Assembly: GCF_964188315.1 (NCBI RefSeq)
Contig: NC_135664.1
Coordinates: 45,694,001-45,758,000, forward strand
DNA: 64,000 bases
Origin: Podarcis muralis
Taxonomy: Eukaryota
Direction: 5' to 3'
Shown one piece after another: positions 24,223 to 35,975 of this stretch; the first letter of the stretch is position 1; each line of letters begins with the position of its first letter. The position numbers were made by a program, and so were the translations under genes. The notes beneath the pieces were generated by a model. The model was given only the letters and a program-made list of their open reading frames with translations, was not told the origin of the DNA and did no database searches.

Positions 24223-25015
24223 GGCTTTCACGTTGTGCTAAGGAGAATGAACAAAGAAGGTAGATATACTAAATTACATGTTCTTCCAGGCACCCCCTAA
24301 AATCATGACTTTGAAAGGATAAACAGTAGGTGGGAGAAGAGGAATGCTGATGCTTTTTTCAAGCTGGCAGTCTTACACAGCTGCTTTTCAGCAAACACAA
24401 AAAAGTCCTCAGGCTGTTCATGTATCTCCCACACATAACACTTTGGCCCTGTCTGGCATCCCCAAACCCCATCTCATATCACAATGGCTCTCTCAACAGC
24501 AGCCCATGGAATAAAATGAGCTACAAATGGAATGTGATCACATCTGTGTCAAATTTAGTTAAAATGCCACACTACATACAGCACTACTGCAGGGAGGTAC
24601 GGTAATTTGAAGCTTGAAAAAAGTCACTTACCTATCAGTAAATAAGTGGTCTGCCATAGAGAGAGAGAAAACGAAGAAAATTCAAGTAAGCTCTGTTGTA
24701 TTCATTTAACCAGCTCATTAATCTTTACAGTGGCATGGTAAGAAACTGGCATATTGAAAATAAATCAGACATGTGTGAAGAATCACAACTATTATTTTAA
24801 GGCTGTTTTAGACTCTTCACATTGTTAAATACAATGACAGTTGCGGGGAGGGGGACTCAGGAGAAACATATTGTTGCACACCACTCCAAACTCCAAGCAG
24901 GGTGAGATCCCAGTGGTTTCAGATGCTATGCCCAGGGTTAATGTTTCCTTTTGGAAATGAGGCACAGCGGAGATTGTGGTGTCTTTATGATATATGGTTT
25001 ATTTACACATATATA

Positions 25016-25231
25016 CAGTGGTACCTTGGTTCCCAAGCTCAATCTGTTCTGGAAGTCCGTTTGACTTCCAAAACATTCGCAAACCAAGGTGTGGCTTCTG
25101 ATTGGCCCCAGAAATAATGCTGACAGCTGAAGTGGTCATTCAGCTTCCAAAAAACATTCACAAACCGGAACACTTACTTCCGGGTTTGTGACGTTCGGGA
25201 GCCAAGCCATTTGGGAACCAAGGTACCACTG
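25016..25231. mobile_element. Tc1/mariner-type MITE (related TIR, different interior)
   Basis: CAGTGGTACCTTGGTTCCCAA ... TTGGGAACCAAGGTACCACTG with TA flanks. Confidence 0.8.
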
Positions 25232-25759
25232 TATAACCAGAGCCTACAACGGAGGGGTTCACTGCATTAACACCCCAGAAGTTATTGTTTCTCCCCTAGC
25301 TATATCCTTGGTTTCTAACAGAAATCAGCAATGTCTTTCTCCCAGCCTTTTCCAGCCTGCAACCTTTTTTTCCCTCTAGGTCACAACACAGCCAACTCCC
25401 AACTCTGGCTTTTGTCCCTCTAACTCACTGAGAGCTGGAGGAAGCTCCCCCACCCTTTTGGCCTCGGGCACAGAGCCTCCTCTCTATTGCTTTCTTAATG
25501 TCTCATCACCTTTCCTTTGTTCTCTTAACAGCCCCTCACCCAGGCAATTTCCTCATGAGGATACTGGCCTGCCTTCTATTTCAACCCTTGCTGGATCCAG
25601 GAGTTCAGGAGGCTTGATTAAAATCTGACACCTACTGGATCCAGCAATTTAGGGAAGTCTGGCATCCCCAAACACATGTCAATATGCACGTGTGTGTGAA
25701 CAAGACCTGGGGCCCTACTGTAGGCAGAAATCAGAAAATAAGGAGCTTCCTCAGCTCCC

Positions 25760-26050
25760 GCAAAGCAGTCCGTTCCCAACCCACGGCCACGAAGTGCACC
25801 AACTCGGGGGCGGCGCCCCCCTCAGACGTGGAAAGCCTGCACCGCAGCAGCAACCAGCAGGCGGGAAAACTGCAGTTACCTGAATTTCCCCGAGCGCCTC
25901 TTTTTGTCCCCGACACCTTACTAAACCCGGAAGCTGTCAGTCACGCCTAACTCCCGCCCCTAACAGCGCAGTTGTCCAATGGGGAGGGGAAAGCAGGCTG
26001 CGCCTTATCCCAAACGTGCCCGCCATAGCCCTGCGATCAATACTCACCAT
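25760..26050 (-). promoter_or_regulatory. XRCC6 promoter and non-coding exon 1
   Basis: CpG-rich patch. Minus-strand donor CAG|GTAAC at 25880/25879, ETS CCGGAAG 25927-25933, GC box 25951-25960, CCAAT 25976-25980. The exon 2 acceptor is at 24238-24239. Confidence 0.65.
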
Positions 26051-26274
26051 AGACTTTAAAAATTAGAGATTCATACTGACTTCTCAACTTCGGGCTCCTT
26101 TACAGCTTGTTCTCCTCCCCCCTCCCCCCACCTACTTAAGATTGCATATAGTCATTCAAAATAAAATGATTGTTTCGGGGAGTTTCGCTTAGCTGAGACT
26201 GGGAAGCAGCGAACCACCCACAAAACCAAAAGTAGCAGCAAAGGCGAGTGTCCTGCCCTTTCCAACATGTCTCT

Positions 26275-26370
26275 TAGGAGCGGGATCCTATCCCTATCTA
26301 CCCACAGTTAAGTCCTATTGAGTTCAGTGGGACCTACTCGCGGGTAAGTGTGCACCGGATTGCAGCCTAA
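26275..26370. repeat. Old short palindromic interspersed element
   Basis: GGATCCTAT..AAGTCCTATTGAGTTCAGTGGGACCTAC..GGATTGCAGCC; related copies at about 4500-4590, 38320-38410 and 52940-53030. Confidence 0.5.
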
Positions 26371-26979
26371 AAGTTATAAAACATTTTAAAACGCAGTGCT
26401 TGCAACGTGCAAGGCTTCTATGTACAACTTGAGCGCCGAATTTGAGCTGAAAGGGCAAAACTTACTCTTCCTGTAGCTTGAAAAGTGTCTTGCATGAGAG
26501 TTTTCTGAATGAAAAACTAAGCCTTCTAAAATCCGCTCTCTAACTTGCAATAATCCTGAAGGTTTATGTTTTTAAATTTTGTCCGCTGTATATTGCTTTG
26601 ACTTAAGCCGCTTGGAGACCTGATGGTGAAAAGCTGGGGTATATTTTTTTGTAAAGAAAGGAAGAATAACAAGCAGTGAAGGGCCACAAACCACTCTCCC
26701 AGACTCAGCGGGCCCTCCCAATATGAAACATGAAATGTAACGGGCTACTTGGCAATTAACAACTCTAAAAAGCAACAACAACACCACATCGTAATACGAA
26801 ATAAATGAGGAAGAACATGAACCCCTGTCTTTGCCGCTACGTGGAATCCTACTCTTATTCATTGTTTTCCGTGGGCTGTGCGCCTGGGGAGGGGGGGGGA
26901 GAGCCTAAAGGAACCAGGAATATCCATGTTCAGACAATGGAATTCGATACTCTCATCTTTCCTATTTCTATGGAACGGT

Positions 26980-27950
26980 TGGCAGCCTCAAGTTCGCTCG
27001 GAGGTCCTTTACGTCTCAGTTACATATTCAAGTCATGCCCCCTGCCCACCCCTGAGTTAAGTGACCCCGCCCACCAGTCACTATGCAACCTGTTACTGCT
27101 CGAGAATGGCTATACGCTCCGCCCTCCTCCCCGCCTCCTAACCAATAGCCCCGAAGAATTCTGGTCACATTGTCCTCGTCGATGCCCGCCCGCATGGAAC
27201 CAAACCACTCTCGCCCCCTGGCCCCGCCCCCCGGCTGCCTAGCGCGCTTCCCTCACAGAGGCGCCGTGACTGGCAACCTGGATTCGCCTTGTGGGGGCGG
27301 CGCATGCGTGCGGCGAACGTTCACTTCCCCGCTGCCCTCCTCCCATCTCCCTCTGTCCCCTTCTGTCAGTTGGCTGTCACCCGCCGCAGGAGCAGGAGCC
27401 GGGCCGGCTGGGCTCCCCGCTTTCCCGGCCCCCCGCCCACTAGCCACCGTTACCACTGGCCTTGGTCAAGAGCTTCCTTCCCCGTCGCCCCCTCCGTCCT
27501 CTTTCTGTCGCCCTCCGCCAATGCCATGGACTCGCCCCCGATGCTGCACCCGGTGAAGCTCTACGTTTACGACCTGTCCAAGGGCATGGCTCGACGCCTC
27601 AGCCCCATCATGCTCGGTGAGAGGAGCCCCCCCGAGGGGGGGAAGATGGAGAGACGACCCCGTCCGCCGCCTCGGGTTCTGTCAGATGATGCCTGGGGTG
27701 GGGGGAGAGGAAGCCTTTGCCCTCCTCGTATTATGTACTGGGGAGGGGGGTGGCACAAATGGGAGGGGGGGAGGGATGGGCAGGGGTCCTACAGCCCTTC
27801 GCCGGGGGGTGGGGAGGAAGGCGATGTGGGTCTTGATCCTTAACCGCCGCCTGTGTTATGTACATTGATCCTTAACGGGCGCCCTCCTCCCCCGCCCCCC
27901 GCACACATAGGTTACGTAAGAGGCTTCTTCGGGGCTTGGAGGGTGACCCG
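26980..27950 (+). promoter_or_regulatory. CpG island / promoter of DESI1
   Basis: Several CCCGCCC GC boxes, CCAAT near 27142, NRF1-like GCGCATGCGT near 27300, gccATGG Kozak at 27526. Confidence 0.75.
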
Positions 27951-30900
27951 AAGGAACAGGGAAAGTGGTAATTTTACCTGTTCGCAATCCGAACAACTTT
28001 CTCTGTTTTCTCGTCCCAAAGGGGAGGTAGAGGGCTGGATGCACAACTCAAAGGTGGAGGGTAGACAGGGGTTACGTTAAGGAACAGCAGCAACTGTACC
28101 CTTTCAGCGTATCAAGAATGATATGCTTGTACAGGATCTGCACTCACCTCCAGCGTACACTCCCCCCCAGTAGTACGAATCACACTTGTCTTGTCCGTGT
28201 GCGGTGGTGGAGACAAACTCTGCCCTCCCTCTAGGCTAAAGAATTGGTATACGGTATTTGTTTCCCCAACATAGTAACTGTCTGAATATTCATTAAGTCC
28301 ATAAGCATGGAAACCTTTTGTTGCAGAAGTACTATCCATGCACATTTTTCTCTTAGTTCATGGAGGAGAAAGCTAGCAGAGGAAGTAAGGACTATTTTTA
28401 GTATTGCACAGAACTGTTAGGAGTTTGTGTCTAGATAAAAGCACTGCTGGTCTAAATCATTTACTTCCTGGTATTAAGTAGTTCTAGATGCTTAGTCATA
28501 ACAGATCCAACAAGCCTAGAGTACGTTAACTACTTTGCTATAAGTAGTGCTTTTTATGTGGTTTAACTAAGAAAATAATATAGGAGCAAAGCATTGGACT
28601 GCATTATGAAATATATAGTGTAGTGAGAATATGCTTCTTTTATCACATTATTAGCTCTCCCTTCTATTTTTTCTTTAAATTTCTATCTCTGAAAGTTGTC
28701 CAGGGCACCAAAAACCAAAGCAGTAAAACAACACAGTTAAAAATAAACTAAAAACATTTAAAATGCTTAGAAACATGTAAAGTATACCTACACGGCTAGT
28801 AATTGCAAAGTTACAAAGAACAGTATTTTTAAGACATCAAATGCCTGAGTAAACAGGAATGGTTTTAAAGTCCTCCTGAATGTTAGCAGTGAGGGAAACA
28901 GGCAAAACACATCAAGGAGGGCATTTCATAAAGAGGAAACCCAAAAAGCCACCCAAAAGGCAGTGTCATGGGTCATTCCCAACAAGGCAGCACCATCTTC
29001 AAGGGCAGCAACACATTGCAGGAAGTCAGCAGAGCATGGACAACTGAATCCAGGCTATCCAGGAACAGCCATAACTTGTGAACCAACTGGGCATATGCAT
29101 TCATAGACAAAGAAGCCACTTGAGACTCCAGTGACGAGTTAGAGTCCAGGAGTTCTCCCAGGCTATGAACCTGTGACTTCAGGGAGAGTGCAACCCCTCA
29201 CAGAACAAGTTGTCCACCTAGTTTTTGGAGACAGAAACCACTCACCCCACAGCACCTCCATCTTATCAGGATTCAGCCTCAGTTTATTGGCCCCCAACAC
29301 TACCCAGACACAGGTGTCCAACATTTCTAGAGAGAATTCCTGGACACTTTCAGGAACAACCTGAAGAATATCACACAACCTGAAAGTAGAGTGTGATTGC
29401 TTTTTTATATTGAAGTAGGGGTATGCAAAGTTACCAGAAATTACTCCTTCAGACATGTGCCTGTATGCAGAGGAAGGCTCGCATACAAAAAGCAACATAT
29501 GTATTTTATAATTTTCTGAACATAACATTGTTCTGCAATTCCATTACAAAATTTATATTTCACTGCAAAAGTTCTGTTCGACAATAGATCTGTCATGAGT
29601 TATGAGAGACAGGGGAGTTAAAGGACAACATTACAGAGATAGAAGCTTTTCATTTATACATACAGACTAGAAGTTTAGAATAATAGTTTGCATCCTAAAA
29701 TGAGTTAACTTAATGAAGCTCATTGAAGGAAATCTCTACATCTGAGTTTGCACTGTCACTATGAGCAAGGAAAGTTTCACAACAGATTTAGCCAGCATGG
29801 AGTATAAGTACCTCCCACACTGAACTCTAGTCTACTTAAGGCTGGGCTTTTGCTTTTACACTGCAGACTTATGCAAGTTATTCTGCATTCTTTCCCAAGA
29901 AACGGGGGAAGTATATTTGTATGTGATAAATACACTAATTCCTTTTTCCAATAAATCTAGATTAAAAGGAGCCACTAGGTAACTGAATAAGAACTGATTC
30001 ACACAGATAAGTGATTCCAATTTAATTTATACTGGTTTCAGCTATCTCTGTCTCTACCATCAAGCCAGTACAAGTATCCTAAATCTAAATCTGCAGCCTC
30101 ATGTGTGTTGACACCTACTATGAAGTGCACAGGCACAGGACTGAAGCCTCAGCAATATGTAGGGAATTGGGCAAGGGGGAATATTACTGGGATTTTCCCA
30201 TGTTAGAATTTTTAAAAAATGTACTTTCACTGTTCTATTCAAACCTGATGTATTTTGAAGGTTAATATTAAAGATACAGAAACTCCAAACTGCATGGTCA
30301 GAAGTGAATAAAAAAAAGAGAGGAATAAATACTTTGTCGACTTACATGATTTGTACTATAAGAAAGGTTAACATTTACAATAAATCATCATGATAGAGTT
30401 TTACACATTATACTTCACAGCCTACCCAGGTCCCACCCATAATTTCTCTAGTAATTGTCATTCTAAATGGAAGTGAGAAGAACCACCTTTCAGAAGTTTA
30501 CAAAAAGTTGCTCTGCCTGGTTATCTGGACATTCATATGCACTGCAGGCCAGTAACTGTTTGCAAGCCTGGCAAATCTGTAATCCAATACAGTACATTAG
30601 TTATAGGACCTTTTGCATTATGTCTCATCTTCTGACCTGTTTGTAAAGTAAAACATGTTGCTTTCAAAAATTAGCACTTTGTCCTATTCAGAAAGTCTGA
30701 ATTCTTCCCCTGTAATCATAAAACCCAGGGATTAGGGCAAAAGCTATTCCTAATTCCATCAAATACCAACTTTAGGGTGGGAGAGAACACTATTTTTCCT
30801 GCTTTTCCTTTTAGAAAGGCACTGTTATGAGTTTACGTGTAAGTGTATTCTAGGGAAATGTGAATTGATAGCCATGGAAGACAAGTAACAGATTGCAGCA

Positions 30901-33900
30901 TGCAAACTGAGTTGCTGATGGTGCTTTTCTTTTTATATGCAGGTAAGCAGCTGGATGGCATTTGGTGAGTAGCTAGACTTAACATTAATTGATGTTTTCA
31001 TAGCATAAATCATTTCCACAATTACGTGCTACACAAACTATTTCATGAGTATTCGGGAAAGTAGCAACACCAAATTAGGCCGTGTTGCATGGTCCTTTCA
31101 ATGCTGGATGGTGGTGCCTCACTTTTTGGAGTAAGGGCTCATTCACATGCTTTCTAGGCATTTTGATTAGAGACTCATTAATTATTTTCACGATTTGTTA
31201 GGACAGAAAATGCTGTCTGAAATTAGGTAAGGATCTGGGTTTTTTTTTGTTTTTCAGTAGTCTTCCTAAACAGATTGATATAGGACTATATGAGGCTAGA
31301 GGCTGCAGGTAACTTTTAGTCTTAGTCATATTTAATCTCTGGTGTATCTCACTACGTATATGTTTCTACCTGTCTTGTTTGCCACTCCCTTCAGGCACAC
31401 TTCCATAGTTGTTCACAGGGATGAGTTCTTCTATGGTAGTGGTGGGATCGCCAGTTGTCCACCTGTAAGTCTTGGAACTTCTTTTCTATACCTACTTTTT
31501 CCTCTCTTATTTTCCCCAATATTTTTTTGTTGATCTGTTTCTGTATCCCATTCAGAAAAATAGCAAGTAACTGGAATATTTAGTGCATTATGGCCAGCTC
31601 TCGAACATCCAGTACATCATGCTCTAAAGCAAGGGTGGGGAAGCTCTAGCTCACAGGCTCCTCAGTTGGCCTGAGGTGCGATTTCAGCCAAGACACACCC
31701 ACTTGCCCAACACCTGGTCATATAGGACGTCAGGTGCTGGGTGGGTAAAGATGGGGCTTCAACAAAAGGGACTAACAGGCACTGCTGAACAACCTTTTTC
31801 ACAGCGCTTCCCAGGCGTCCAACAGTCAGTTGATTGGCAGAACTTCAGAAATGCGGTTCAAGGTACTTTGCAAGCCCAGTGCTTAGCACATGGAAATCAC
31901 TCCACAAGGGGCAGCACAAGCTTCCTTTGGAAAGAAAAAATAAATGCGCCATTTTTAAAAGGAGCATTTATTTTATTTCCAAAGGAAGTTGTATTCAAAG
32001 CACTTCAAACAGCCTTCGCTGCAGAGGAGATGGTCCAGTTTTAGGAGCATTTCCCTCTCTGCAGAGACTTCAAAGGGACTCCCTCTAATCAAAAATCAGC
32101 TGACAGAAGGAACTTATTTCAAGGTGCTCCCAGTGCCAATCATTGGCACTAAAGGGATATATTGAAAAGAGGCTGTTCTAACCGTTGTTCAACTAATTGT
32201 TTTTTACAGCGACTTTCTTTTAACTTTGACATGTGTCAGTCACCTGAAGTCTTTATTATGTCAGGTGATTGACAGGTAGATGGTCCAACCCACCTATTAA
32301 AGTTGGTCCGTGGTTGGGGGAAGATAAGTATCTAGGCCATCCGCAGGATCCAGGTCCCCCCCCCCCACTCTAAACCATTTATTCAATCAAACTTGGTGTA
32401 ATTTTAATGTATAGTAAAACTGAAATGCTTTCCTCGCATAGCTGATACTGAGGTCCTAAGCCCCCCCCTAATCCACAATTTTTAAAGCTGATTTGTAAGC
32501 AACAAAGCAGAGTAGGTTTGGTTTATCTTTTTCCTTCTGTTCACCACCTCCAAACTGAGTATGTGCAAGAGTCCTTCTGGAACTTGACTGCTATAAGCTC
32601 TTACTAGTGTTTTGGGAAATATGGCAATTGATGTAAGCAATTTTTTTGGGGGGGGATGCAGAAATATTTCAGCATTATATATTCCCCATAGGAGACTGGT
32701 AAATTGTTCTTGGTGTCTGAATCTCCTCCTGCATATACACTTCACAGGGTGGGACTCTGCTTGGGCCCCCAGACTCTATTGTAGACCTCGGATGCTCAGA
32801 AGTTTCAGAAGAGCTGTTCTTGGAATACTTGTCTTCATTGGGTGAATCTATATTCCGGTGAGAGATTGCTGCTTTGTTTCTATTCTAATATTCTGGTGAC
32901 TGCATGTAATTCCTGTTGATAGGGATGCCCATGCCCCTTCCTGCCAAGCTGCTTCACTACTAAGTTATGGTTAGATTAATATAGAATTGTGTCATAATCT
33001 TAGAATGGTAAGTGAGTTCTAAATAGTTTCTGTACTTCAATACACAACTGAGATGTACTTCAATACACAACTGCACGTAGATTGAAGTCCCAACACTCTT
33101 TGTGTATTAAAACGTGATTTGGAGAAGAAAGGATTTTTAGTGGAGAAGCAGCTGGGGGATGGAATGCTTAACTCATTTCCTGCTTGTAGCCTTTCCATTC
33201 CAGATTCCCAAATAGGCAAATATACATTTGGAAGCGCTGTGGCGCTGTGGGTAAAACCTCAGCGCCTAGGACTTGCCGATCGCATGGTCGGCGGTTCGAA
33301 TCCCCGCGGCGGGGTGAGCTCCCGTCGTTCAGTCCCAGCTCCTGTCCACCTAGCAGTTCGAAAGCACCCTTAAGTGCAAGTAGATAAATAGGTACCGCTT
33401 TATAGCGGGAAGGTAAACGGCGTTTCCATGTGCTGCTCTGGTGCCAGTTCGCCAGAGCAGCTTGTCACGCTGGCCACGTGACCCGGAAGTGTCTGCGGAC
33501 AGCGCTGGCTCCTGGCCTCTAGAGTGAGATGAGCGCACAACCCTAGAGTCTGTCAAGACTGGCCCATACGGGCAGGGGTACCTTTACCTTTACCTACATT
33601 TGGAAGCAAATGAAGAGAGGCCAATTTCGTGTGAAGTTGCAAGCAGGAAACAAGTTAAATATCACCTCTAGCTTTTCCATTTGACATTCCCCCTGCATAG
33701 CTGCTCTTAACACAGGTCTGAGTGTTATGGGGTGAATTAGCTTTACACACACACACACATATATTCCTGTAATCCCTCTGAAAGAGGTCAGTCTTGCTAT
33801 ATTCATTCATTATTATTCTTTCTGAACTTCTTTTTCTTGGGGTCACAGAGGAGAGGCTTATAACCTTTTTGACCATAACTGCAATACATTCAGCAATGAA

Positions 33901-35975
33901 GTGGCACAATTCTTGACAGGGAGGAAGATCCCTTCCTACATCACTGACCTTCCATCTGAAGTTCTTGCAACGTAAGTAGAGTCCTCTTTTTTATTGCATC
34001 CATATTATTGATGCCAAATTTAACAGTCATGGCTTTTCAGGAATACTGAGGACATGGCACAGATTTTACTAACTTGGAATACAGATATATCTTTCAGACT
34101 GACTTGCAACCAAATGACACTAAGATCTAAACTATGATAAACACCCTTTTCCAAAAAAGCAGTCTGCAACTGATAGCAGTTATTTTGAAAACAAAGCAAC
34201 TGCAGGGCCCCATTCCAGAACATGTTCCCGATCAATATTGGGGGTCTGTGTTGGTTTCCTCCATGGCTTCAATTTGCCCCTGGAGGTGATGTTTGCAATA
34301 AACAGCACTTTCAGGGAAGGTTATTTGTCACAGGAAACCAGGGCAGGGCCCTAATCTGGTTGAGCTCCTTGTGGCTGCTTTTTCATCAAAATAAAAGTGG
34401 CTGGTTTAAGCATGCTTCTAAAAAGCATGCTTATTGTAACATGTTGTTTAAGCCTAAGAGGGGTACTGTTTCATCTCAGTTAATGTAATTCTCTAAAGAG
34501 CCATCACAACTTTTAGGACTTTGGCTATTTTATAAAACAAACAAGTTGTGGGAGCAGGTGGCAGAGAAACAATAGTAGGAGATCTTACCAAAGTTATTTT
34601 TGAAGTGACTTACTCAAAACGCTGTGGAAACATAGCAGTGGCTGGAGATGAACCTTGGACTTCTTTGGACATGAAACTTGTTGGAACATGTGGTTGTTAG
34701 TTGAATTAGTTAGGAGTATTGTCAGTTTTCAGTCCTGTCTGCTTTGGGCTGGACTAGCTCACGAGCATTACAAGCATTGCATTGCTTTGAAAAGTACATC
34801 TGTAGAGGGTTCAGTGGGTTACACACCCTGTTATGTGTCTAAAAAAAGGTAAAGGGACCCCTGACCATTAGGTCCAGTTGTGACTGACTCTGGGGTTGCG
34901 GTGCTCATCTCGCTTTATTGGCTGAGGGAGCCGGCATACAGCTTCCAGGTCATGTGGCCAGCATGACTAAGCCGCTTCTGGTGAACCAGAGCAGTGCACG
35001 AAAACGCTGTTTACCTTCCCGCCAGAGTGGTACCTATTTATCTACTTGCACTTTGACGTGCTTTCGAACTGCTAGGTTGGCAGGAGCAGGGACTGAGCAA
35101 CGGGAGCTCACTCCATCGTGGGGATTCAGACCACCAACCTTCTGATCAGCAAGTCCTAGGCTCTGTGGTTTAACCCACAGCACCACCTGCATCCCCGTTA
35201 TGTGTCTAGGCCCATCTAAAACATAGCCATGGAAAGTAGATGCAGCATGCAGTTTGAAACAAATCTTCCCCAATATGGCTTGCAATATGGGAGAATGCTG
35301 GAACACAATTCTCAGCATATTACATTGCCAGCTGTGGCCTAAATGGAGAGGTGCAACACCCCATACCTGTTGCAGTGGAGACTGGGGCATAACTTTAGGC
35401 TCACAGGCACCTGCCACCACAGCAACATGCAGCTTATGTTCTATGCTCCAGCAGCCAATACTACACTGCAAGCAACCCTGGGGCTCTGCAGTTTGGGATG
35501 GCAACATGTTTTTGAGTAATGCACACCAACCCAGACATTTCTGCTGCTACAACCAAGAGGCACAGATGGTCCACCCCCTGCCCTAAAGGTGGACTTGACA
35601 AAGATTTGCTTCTGTGCCGCTGTACTTCTAGATGTTACAAGTGAGGCCTGTGCTGATCTCCTTTACACTCCATCTGCTTTGCCGATGGATGAAATAGTGG
35701 CATGGGCTCGGCTCAGCTCATGTATCGTTTTATAGGAACATCCTTAGTAGTTTGCCTTCATTCTTCTCTATAAGCAGCTTTGGTTTTAATTTTAGTTGAG
35801 AACCCGTTTGTGTTCAGAGTGCTTGGAAAACTTAAATTCTCTCTTCCCCAACCATCCCTTATGTCTTTCTTGTGGCTTCAGACCTTTTGGACAAGCTCTA
35901 CGGCCTCTCCTCGACTCTATTCAGATCCAGCCACCTGGAGGAAATAATTTCAGCAGGCATAATGGACAGAGCTAG
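27526..35975 (+). CDS. DESI1: Desumoylating isopeptidase 1 (PPPDE2), 169 aa
   Basis: join(27526..27616, 30943..30964, 31395..31464, 32748..32857, 33849..33971, 35882..35975) = 510 nt. Translation [90 protein letters not shown]. The His (WHTS) and Cys (NCN) catalytic dyad is intact. Confidence 0.98.
29008..29330 (-). mobile_element. L2 LINE ORF2 fragment (decayed)
   Basis: Minus-strand frames give [14 protein letters not shown] and [26 protein letters not shown], typical of the post-RT region of L2 ORF2. Confidence 0.7.
33031..33073. repeat. 20-bp direct duplication (period 23)
   Basis: TGTACTTCAATACACAACTG at 33031-33050 and 33054-33073. Confidence 0.85.
33236..33594 (+). mobile_element. 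Sauria SINE (Squam1), young CpG-rich subfamily
   Basis: B box GGTTCGAATCC, core and CCTTTA tail; 13-bp TSD TACATTTGGAAGC at 33223-33235 and 33595-33607. Confidence 0.95.
34842..35196 (-). mobile_element. Sauria SINE (Squam1)
   Basis: Full length on the minus strand; 12-bp TSD GTTATGTGTCTA at 34830-34841 and 35197-35208. Confidence 0.93.

Noticed and set aside
27289-27843. 184-aa ORF through DESI1 exon 1
   Set aside because: Similarity to DESI1 stops at the G|GTGAG donor (27616); the rest is intron read-through and 5' UTR.
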